Source: Octopus bimaculoides
Lineage: Eukaryota
Assembly: GCF_001194135.2 (NCBI RefSeq)
Contig: NC_068992.1
Span: 11,291,978-11,355,977 of the forward strand
Length of the DNA: 64,000 nucleotides
Reading direction: 5' to 3'
The notes below the pieces were generated by a model that saw nothing but the letters and a program-made list of their open reading frames with translations, had not been told where the DNA came from and did not search any database. The stretch's first letter is position 1. Every line of letters begins with the position of its first letter. The position numbers and the translations under genes were made by a program. Below, one piece after another: positions 55,359 through 64,000 of the stretch.

Positions 55359-55978
55359 NNNNNNNNNNNNNNNNNNNNNNNNNNNNNNNNNNNNNNNNNN
55401 NNNNNNNNNNNNNNNNNNNNNNNNNNNNNNNNNNNNNNNNNNNNNNNNNNNNNNNNNNNNNNNNNNNNNNNNNNNNNNNNNNNNNNNNNNNNNNNNNNNN
55501 NNNNNNNNNNNNNNNNNNNNNNNNNNNNNNNNNNNNNNNNNNNNNNNNNNNNNNNNNNNNNNNNNNNNNNNNNNNNNNNNNNNNNNNNNNNNNNNNNNNN
55601 NNNNNNNNNNNNNNNNNNNNNNNNNNNNNNNNNNNNNNNNNNNNNNNNNNNNNNNNNNNNNNNNNNNNNNNNNNNNNNNNNNNNNNNNNNNNNNNNNNNN
55701 TAAAGATGCTTTCCCAGTGGTATTCACATATGTATATTTGTGTGCGTGTACACACACACACACACACATACGTACATATACATATATACATATATATACA
55801 CCTGTATGTCTATATATAGAGAAATAGATATGTTTGTGTATATGTATATATATATATGTATGAATATATATGTATGTATATATATATATGTGTGTATGTA
55901 TGTCTGCGTGTGTATATAGAGACAGATGGAGATATGTGTCTACATACATATATGTATGTATATATACATATGTATGTG

Positions 55979-56010
<32 letters not shown>

Positions 56011-56019
56011 TATATATGC

Positions 56020-56050
<31 letters not shown>

Positions 56051-56854
56051 TATCTGTGTGTGTTGCAGGATATTCGATATTCTCTGGACACTCATTTATA
56101 AATTTGCGAATGTATTATGGACATTCGCGTGTGTATGTACATGTGTGTTTGAGTGTGTGTGTATGCCTGAGTGTGAGTGTGTGCTTATTGTAAACACAGT
56201 CAAGCTAAAAACTCAATATCAAGACACACACAACACACATACAACCACATTGAGACACATTCGAACAGAGAAGTACAGCTTAAAGACTTCCCAGTTATCT
56301 TGAAGCCTCTTTTATCAGCGGATTAGTTCTAATTATTTCTTAAATTAGTAATTTGTGTGACATCACTGCATTGCTCATTACCTCCCCAACTACTGGGTCC
56401 CATCTTTAAATAGTTAGGATGTGTGGAAGGAATGGGTAAAGGAGAGGAAGTTGAAGAGCACTGTCTGAGAACTCTGTTGCTGTTCTCATTACAGAATACC
56501 ATCAGGCCACAAACTGATAAAGTCAGTGAACCATTGAGGGAATCTTGTCACATTAATCTATTTATCTATTTCGTTATTTCACTTTAGGGAGAAATAAAGA
56601 GAAGCGAAAAAACAAAAATTAAAATAATAATAAGCAAATAAAACAGAATATACAAAAAAAGACCAAACATCATAAAACACAGGAATTCTCTAAAATACAA
56701 TAGTTATCTTAGAAAGAAAATGATGGATTAGACAAGTAATATTTAAAAATAACAGCAATAAAAGAAGAGAAGTAATATACATGTATGTGTGTGTGTTTAT
56801 ATGTGGATGAGCGGGTGTATGTATTTCTATAGCTAAAAGTTTCATCTGGTAGGT

Positions 56855-57022
56855 AAAAGCATGACTGTGAGGTTAAGATGTTTGCTTACCAGCTATGTGG
56901 TTTCGGGTTCAGTCCCACTTCATGCACTATGTCCCACTTCATGGCACATAGTGCAACTTTCTTCTGATATACTCACATCTTGTGAGTGAAGTTGGTAGAA
57001 GGAAATTGAAAGATACCCATTG
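56855..57022 (+). mobile_element. SINE family A 5' half with an internal rearrangement
   Basis: TGACTGTGAGGTTAAG...GGGTTCAGTCCCAC...TTGTGAGTGAAGTTGGTAGAAGGAAATTGAAAG, followed by (TA)n. Confidence 0.75.
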
Positions 57023-57023
57023 A

Positions 57024-57054
<31 letters not shown>

Positions 57055-57219
57055 AAGTAGTTGTATACTGCCAACTTAACGTGACAGTCCCAATAAGAGA
57101 ATATACTATTGCTGTTTAGCCCTAGGAAGCCAGACCGCTTCCTATTAGGCCTTGACACACCCCCTGTGCCCTTATCCTTACGAAGGGGAGACAAACTCCT
57201 CCACCCAGCCTAGCCTGCA

Positions 57220-57262
57220 TTCAGGGACATGTTTCTGAGTCTTTGCTCATCATCAGCCTGAA
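57220..57262 (-). ncRNA. Minimal type I hammerhead ribozyme motif (Penelope/retrozyme type)
   Basis: Minus strand TTCAGG-CTGATGA-TGAG-caaaga-CTCA-GAAA-CATG-TC-CCTGAA: perfect 6-bp stem I, CUGANGA core, 4-bp stem II, GAAA, palindromic ACAUGU in place of stem III, and a GUC cleavage triplet. Confidence 0.8.
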
Positions 57263-57287
57263 GTATATATACATGTTTACACAAACT

Positions 57288-57352
57288 TCTTTTTCTTTTT
57301 TTCACTAGTTTCATCTCAAGAGCTGTGGCCATGCTGGAGCACCACTGTCAGC
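57288..57352 (-). mobile_element. SINE family A 3' stub
   Basis: CTTTTTTCACTAGTTTCA...GCTGTGGCCATGCTGGAGCACCAC. Confidence 0.7.
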
Positions 57353-57384
57353 TTTACTACACTTCCACTATTTGAAACCTCCAC

Positions 57385-57675
57385 TGATATATGACATTTG
57401 ATGAATGCGGGATTCTGATGTCGCTACCCTCCGTCTGTGTTTCCTGCAATGAGGTAGATTCATCTGGAACTCTTGACAGGAAGAGATCCAGTTTTGTTTT
57501 GAATACACCTACATCCTCCATCCCATATAGGTCTCACAGGCTTTTTAAGAAAATGTTGAAGAGTTGTGGGCCCTCGAAGCCCAAACTGTTACAGTATCTG
57601 GTCCTGTATCCTGATGGCAATGTTGAGATCTTAGGCACTATGCAGTGGTACCCAGTTCTGCTGTTTGGGTAACTT
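57385..57675 (-). pseudogene. CR1-like LINE ORF2 3'-terminal fragment
   Basis: Minus strand NSLGFEGPQLFNIFLKSL*DLYGMEDVGVFKTKLDLFLSRVPDE matches the GPxLFNxLP...FKxKLDxFLxxVPDEP C-terminus of CR1-group ORF2. Confidence 0.8.
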
Positions 57676-57879
57676 TCACTGCCAAGTGCATATGTGTGTG
57701 TGTGTGTGTGTGTGTGAGTGAGAGAGAGAGTGTACTTGTGTTAGTGTCACATTGTCCTGACAGCACATGATAGTTATGAATGCATGTAAACTTCAGACAA
57801 GCTGCGTATTCTATCCCTATCTTCTGTGTAAACACGTCTAGCAATAGGGAATTAGCAAGTTTGGAAGCAAGTGGGGTTA

Positions 57880-57985
57880 AATGAGAGAAAAGGCATTTGG
57901 GTTGAGAAAATCTGTCTTGATAAATTCCATTCAGCCCATGCAAGCATGGAAAAGAGACGGTTGAAATGATGATGATGCTGACGAT
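57880..57985 (+). mobile_element. Family D 3' fragment
   Basis: AGAAAATCTGTCTTGATAAATTCCATTCAGCCCATGCAAGCATGGAAAAGAGACGGTTGAAATGATGATG. Confidence 0.7.
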
Positions 57986-58555
57986 GATGATATCTGCATA
58001 TTTATGTATATGTATCTTACAAGCAAACAAGAAATACAAAATAAAATAAAATATGATTTGGCCCTCGGTGCAAGTATACGATGAGGAAAAGTAATTTGTA
58101 TTGCGAGTAATATATTTCCAAATTATTCCTGACTCTATATTTATGGATATTGATAATAACCGCATGTATTTCTAATTATAGAAATTAATAATAATCCAAG
58201 AAGAAATGACGAAAATACAAATTTATTACATGTTTACTTAACTAGTTATATGTGAATTATTAGTGTTTAACCAAAACAACCATCTTTTAGCTCATCTACT
58301 TTCCTTTTCCACTAATAATTATGTTTCCTATGTCATCGTCATCACTGTCATCATCATCGTCGTCATCGTCGTTGTCATCATCAGTCAACAAAAGTGGCAT
58401 ATACACATATGCATATCTATATCTATCTAGCAAGCTAGTGATCTCTCTCTCTCTCTCTATTATTTGTATTATATATATATATATAAAACAATAATAATGG
58501 ACTCTCCCATTGTTAGATGACATATGTGGGTTCAGCAATTTCTTGCCAAACAACC

Positions 58556-58628
<73 letters not shown>

Positions 58629-58677
58629 AGCAATAATACATCTCTAAACGAAGTATTAACAGTTGGTGCACGATAAC

Positions 58678-58832
58678 GTGAAGTATATTTGCCCCTTAAA
58701 TGTGGCTAACCACTAAGGGTTGATGCTACCATAGCTTGTAGCCAGCTGGAGGAGGTGTTCTCCTGGGGCTACAAGCTATAGTAGCATCCACCCTTAGTGG
58801 TTAGCCACATTTAAGTAGCAAATATACTTCAC
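58678..58832. repeat. 155-bp foldback inverted repeat (MITE-like)
   Basis: 66-bp arms at 58678-58743 and 58767-58832 with 4 mismatches and a 23-nt spacer. Confidence 0.9.
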
Positions 58833-59122
58833 ATCATAATATACATATTTATATATATATATGTGTATACACATACCATAATATATTTATATGTATATAT
58901 ATATAAATAGGAACCTGTTATTACTGTAGTAACTATGTGCAGTGTGTGTATATTAATAGTAATTATATTAATAGTAATTANNNNNNNNNNNNNNNNNNNN
59001 NNNNNNNNNNNNNNNNNNNNNNNNNNNNNNNNNNNNNNNNNNNNNNNNNNNNNNNNNNNNNNNNNNNNNNNNNNNNNNNNNNNNNNNNNNNNNNNNNNNN
59101 NNNNNNNNNNNNNNNNNNNNNN

Positions 59123-59160
<38 letters not shown>

Positions 59161-59994
59161 AATAGGAACCTGTTATTACTGTAGTAACTATGTGCAGTGT
59201 GTGTATATTAATAGTAATTATATTAATAGTAATTATATTAATAGTAATTATGTTTTTGAAATCACTACCAAGAAGAGCAAAGCTGGCATATTCTTCGGAA
59301 TTTTCATTTTATATTCAGAACAATTTAAAGTTTGATGTTCTTCCCTTGCTGCAATTCTCCTAATGATGAAATGCAGAGTTGATCTTTGTTTAGATTATTT
59401 AAATTTGTTTAAAACTAACAAAGATCAACTTTGCATTTCATCATTGTGTCAGAGTTAATAAACTGTTCACAAGTATTGTAATTTCTAACGCTGGCCCAAG
59501 GCCACAAATTTGTTGAAATAACAATCAATTGAATTAAACTCAGAATATTACCATTGAATGTTTTTACCTTTTTATCAAAACTTTTTATGTTTTGTAAAAA
59601 CACAAAATTCTGAACAGTTTGATCTTTGTCCTCATGTGCCATATTTATGTATCTGCTCTCAGCTGGGAATTTAACTCACAAATCTTATTTTCACTCTCAT
59701 CAACAGTCTTATCTACAACATCACGATCCCACAGGACAGTTATATGTAAATTTATCTTCTATTTAAACTCTTTCTCTGTAATGGTAGCCATTTTAAGTTG
59801 AACTTTGTACTTGGCTTGCTGATTAGATTCCGTGTTTTATCTTTGGTAGCTTCCGCTGTAGTTCTTAGTAAATAATGAAAGAACTATGGTAGGAAATTTA
59901 TTCCCAAAGTGCTATTTGATTTACATCACCAGGCATCGTCAGTGTTGGCAACGTCAGCAGCTGTGGTACTGGAGATGGTACTGCTGTTGTCATC

Positions 59995-60420
59995 GTCATC
60001 ATCATTATCATCATCATCATCATTATCATCATCATCATCATTATCAATGTTTTTATGTCTACTTTCCAATGCTTGCATGAGTCAGATGGAATTAATTGAG
60101 GCAGATTTTCCACAACTGGATGCCCTTCCTGTCACCCACCAATGAGACACAGCCCGAGCCCATGCCAGACAGAAGCAGGACTGATGCCACACTTTCGGCA
60201 AGACAACCGCAGGAGGAACACCTAGCCAAAGACAATCCCCTCCCCACACCTGGCCCTCGATGACATGAAGAAAGTCCCCAACAGGATCCCCCAATCCCCC
60301 ATTCAGGGGTCATGGCTATCCATGGCCAAACATGTTTTCATGAAAGGTTGAGAATGAAGAACATTGCATCTATGTTGATGATCCCTGTTTATGATTGCTG
60401 CATAGTGTCAACACACATGA
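59995..60420 (-). mobile_element. Family D copy interrupted by a ~165-bp GC-rich insert
   Basis: D core up to CCTTCCTGTCACCCACC (about 60141); D sequence resumes at CCATGGCCAAACATGTTTTCATG (about 60319). Confidence 0.7.
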
Positions 60421-60503
60421 ACACATGCATTCACATACACACATGCATACATACTCACATACATACATTCATACATCCACACACACATACATACACATGC
60501 ATG

Positions 60504-60537
<34 letters not shown>

Positions 60538-60782
60538 CATACATACACACACACATGAATATACATACACACATACATAATGCTTGCATACTCATAGGCA
60601 TGAAATGATATATGCGTATGTGTGTGTGTGTGTGTGTGTGTGCATGTGTACATATGTAAATATATACATGTATCTATAAAGATATATGTGTGTATGTGTG
60701 TCTATCTATCTATCTCTCTATCTATCTGTGTGTGTGCATGCATGTGTGTGTGTACATGTGTGTGTGTACGTGTATTGAACAT

Positions 60783-60870
60783 GCTTCAGTTTCTGTCTAT
60801 CACATCCACTCACAAAGCTTTGGTCAGCCTGAAGCTATAGTAGAGACACTTGCCTATAGTAGAGACCCAA
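60783..60870 (-). mobile_element. SINE family A 5'-half fragment
   Basis: TTCAGTTTCTGTCTATCACATCCACTCACAAAGCTTTGGTCAGCCTGAAGCTATAGTAGAGACACTTGCC. Confidence 0.75.
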
Positions 60871-61289
60871 AACAATTATATTATAAACTTTTTATGTGCA
60901 AAGTAAGCCACTTCAGGTTGACCTCTGCTCCTGCTTTGTTGATTAGATTCCATGTTTTTTATCTTCTGTAGCTTCCACCGTAATGCTTCTGAAGAATTGC
61001 AGAAACTATAACAGGAAACTTATTCCCAGAATGGGATTTAATTCCAGTTACCATGCAATAAGAAGGAAGCTGACTGAGTTATTGGAGTGTCTACATGTTC
61101 TGTGTTCAAATTACACTAAAATCAACATTGGCATTCATGACATTGGGGTCATCAAATAAAGTAATGACTACAGGATAGTGGATTGGTGGAGCTGTTATAG
61201 GGGCATGTGAGATGCTTTATGGTACCTGATCTGGTCCTGTGCATTCTCTGAGTTCAAATCTCACCTAATGTTGTCATCATCATTTTTGT

Positions 61290-61500
61290 TGTTTTCCTTT
61301 TAACATTTGCATTTTCATGCTTGCTTGCATGGATCTGACAGAATTTGTTGAGACAGATTTTCTACTGCTAGATGCCCCTTTCTGTTTGATACCTGTCTCC
61401 AAGTAAGTTGATATTTCTGCTTGGCTGGACATATATTTATGGAAGAATGAAACTGAAGGACACCACTTGTCCACTTGTATGACGATGAAACTCATTTACA
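61290..61500 (-). mobile_element. Family D, degenerate copy
   Basis: TTTAACATTTGCATTTTCATGCTTGCTTGCATGGATCTGACAGAATTTGTTGAGACAGATTTTCTACTGCTAGATGCCCCTT. Confidence 0.75.
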
Positions 61501-61514
61501 GCAGCTAATTTTTT

Positions 61515-61612
61515 TTTCTCTCCGTGTTTCTTTCTGTGTTCCTTTCAGTTGAAGAGCGTAGACTCGAAACATTAAAGACTTTCTCTATTCCAGAGCGTTA
61601 TACTAATACATC
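61515..61612 (+). mobile_element. Family G fragment with a degenerate hammerhead-like motif
   Basis: CTTT-CAGTTGAA-GAG-cgtaga-CTC-GAAAC-ATT-AAAG; a second copy lies at 33850-33954 on the minus strand. Confidence 0.5.
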
Positions 61613-61934
61613 NNNNNNNNNNNNNNNNNNNNNNNNNNNNNNNNNNNNNNNNNNNNNNNNNNNNNNNNNNNNNNNNNNNNNNNNNNNNNNNNNNNNNNNN
61701 NNNNNNNNNNNNTCCAAACCGGTCCAAACCGGCTCTTCACTAATCATGGGGCCACTGCACAACATTTTGGATAAATGTCTTATAGTACAGCTCTGGGTCA
61801 AATCAAACTATGTGAAAGAAATTGGGCAGAAGGAAACCATTGGACAGATGGATTGTATCTCTTATTAGTTGTTAAACTCCAGCTATCTCCTACTTTAATA
61901 CCTGGCCTCATCACTGTAATTGTTTTTAATGCCT

Positions 61935-62342
61935 ATTTTTCTATGATTTCATAGATCAGATGAAATTCATCAAGGAAGATCTTTTATTTATGGCTGGATG
62001 CTCTTGCTGTCACCATCCCTTTCGTGTTTCCATGCAAGGTAATATTTTTCAACACAATGGCCAGACGTGTTTCCACAGAAGACTGCAAACAAACGGCACC
62101 AATTGTATCATGGTGACATTTGTTTACAATTAATGCAGCATGTCAAAACAAGAATACACACATACACACACACACACGACAGGCTTCTTTCAGTTTCTGC
62201 CTACTAAATTCACTCACAAGGCCTTCGTTGATCTGGAGCTATAGTAGAAAACACTTGCCTAAGGGGGTCACACAATGGGACTGAACCCAAAGCCATGAAA
62301 TTGCAAAGCGAACCTTTTAACTGTATGGCCATGACTGCACTT
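61935..62342 (-). mobile_element. Family D joined through (CA)n to a SINE family A 5' half
   Basis: D segment at 61935-62160, (CA)n, then the A head half at 62177-62342 in the same orientation. Confidence 0.8.
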
Positions 62343-63021
62343 ATTAGGATAATATAATGTCTTGATGTGTTACTTCTTAATTACAGTGATCTCTGAATTA
62401 TGTTTTCTTCCTCTCTTTCCAACCCATCAGTGTTAGTGGCCCTACATAAGACAGAGTGCATTGACCTTTCATCTCTAACTAAATCATAAAAATGAGACCA
62501 ACAAAATACATGTCAATTACAAAGAGATCTTGTTGTTTCTAGCCATGACTACACTTGCCTAGGATGTGTATTTACAAGTAGGTGGACAAAACCTGTGAAA
62601 GTTTTAGAGTTTTTAGCCAGGGAAACAATGTAGCTGCCAACGATGCAAACTGTGAATTGTTCGAGTGGGAGGATATCAGCTGATTAATTTGGACAGCTGT
62701 AGCTTTTGTTTCAGTACAAAACATACAAAACAGGAAACTGAAAGAAGAGTTTGTTTGATTCAACAATTAACCATATATAATTAATTCCCATGTTTAAAAT
62801 ATGTTAAATGGGTATATTCAAACAGTTGTAACAATGACAGGAAATAAAAAAAAAGAATCTACACAGTAATCAATTATAACTCTTTTGTAGCCATATTACT
62901 ACTGAGAAACACTATATACGATTTCAATTAGTTTTGAAAATAATCAAGTATTTGGAGGGATTCACTAAAATAATTAACTTCTTTATAAAGCTTGTAATTA
63001 TACAACTAGATAGAAGATATT

Positions 63022-63112
63022 TACCGTATTTTCCGGTATACAAGTCAAATTCTTCAGATTAAAATTTATAGTTTAAAAAGAGGTAGGTTGACCTATACAA
63101 CAAAATGACTTT
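63022..63112 (+). mobile_element. pogo/Tigger-like DNA transposon left end
   Basis: TA followed by CCGTATTTTCCGGTATACAAGTC...GGTTGACCTATAC, the typical TA-CCGTATTTT terminus of pogo-type elements and MITEs. Confidence 0.55.
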
Positions 63113-64000
63113 AAGTGGACCAAAAACTTCATATAAAATGCAGTAAGATTTGGAAAGCTAGTGATGATGTTTGCAAGTTCACATTCTATTTTTTCTCTAG
63201 ATACTAAGTCAACTTGTATGCCAGAAAAAAAAAAAAAACAGTAGATAAAATTATAGAAGGTTTCAGTTCAAAGCAAGGGCGTTTGTTGTATGCGTGTCAT
63301 TGCTTAACTCTGATCAAAAAGGCTTTTTATGAAAAGTGTCCCAACTTTGACTGTCCTTTATTCAGAACTGCATTCAGGACTATTTTATCTGATGGAAATC
63401 TGGCTTCTCCTCCTAATAGGACAAGCAATTATCTAGAGCAGTTGTGTTTCACTTGTGTTCCATGAGTCGTGACTACCTGTGTTTTTACCCTTTCTGCTCT
63501 CAACAATAAATGAAGAAACAGAAATAACACGCTTTAATGAGACACATTACCTTAAGAAATGAATAACTTAAAACTTGAATTTAGCCATTAACCACTTCGA
63601 CAACTTATCAGAAGACAACAGTTTAAATGTTATGCCCCACGCATGGTTTTGAAAAGGTTATTATTTCACAGGAAACTTCTGAGATTCACTGAGGAAGTAA
63701 ACAAAAGTAAAATCAGTAAAATGTTTATCTAAACTGCATATCAAAATAGAACCGGAGGAGGCAGACCAAGACTCATTGTGTGTGTATATATATATATATA
63801 TATGATTGCAAGATCTCTGTTCTTCATCCAAACCAGAGGAAGCAGACCTAAATAATATATACGGTTTCAAAAATCTGCTTTATGTCAAACCACAAGAGGC
63901 AGGCCCAAATAATCATACACAAGTGCAAAATTCCTGCTTTTGTCAAATCAGAGAAGGCAGACCAAAACTAATTATATCATCAAACCAAGAAGTTAAGCCC

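Noticed and set aside
58903-59220. Exact ~75-bp duplication (AAATAGGAACCTGTTATTACTGTAG...) on both sides of a gap
   Set aside because: Typical overlapping contig-end artefact at a microsatellite.
750-62766. Most ORFs in the supplied track (YI/HT/CV/poly-His/poly-Met-rich, or containing X runs)
   Set aside because: They are translations of TA, CA, CAT and GAT microsatellites, of N-gaps, or of SINE sequence; none has a recognisable domain.

Overview
AT-rich eukaryotic DNA from a draft assembly with about 17 N-gaps, most of them bordered by microsatellites. The (TA)n density and the SINE set suggest a coleoid cephalopod, probably Octopus; this is an inference, not a database result. I found no intact protein-coding gene, tRNA, rRNA or CRISPR array. 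Almost every ORF in the supplied track is a translation of microsatellites, N-runs or SINEs. The window reads like a large intron or intergenic region. It is filled with (i) tRNA-headed SINE families, labelled here A, C and F, (ii) an RTE-related (ATG)n-tailed non-autonomous family, labelled B/D, (iii) decayed fragments of Tx1/L1, RTE and CR1-like LINEs and a Tc1/mariner transposase, and (iv) DNA-transposon ends. The best signal is a complete minimal type I hammerhead ribozyme motif on the minus strand at 57220-57262, heading a GC-rich, hairpin-rich segment of about 200 nt. A second, degenerate hammerhead-like repeat family is also present. Other notable structures are a 155-bp near-perfect foldback, inverted SINE pairs that could give dsRNA substrates for ADAR, and a degenerate ~57-nt coding-like repeat at the window end. 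A few possible host exons are listed only as low-confidence leads.
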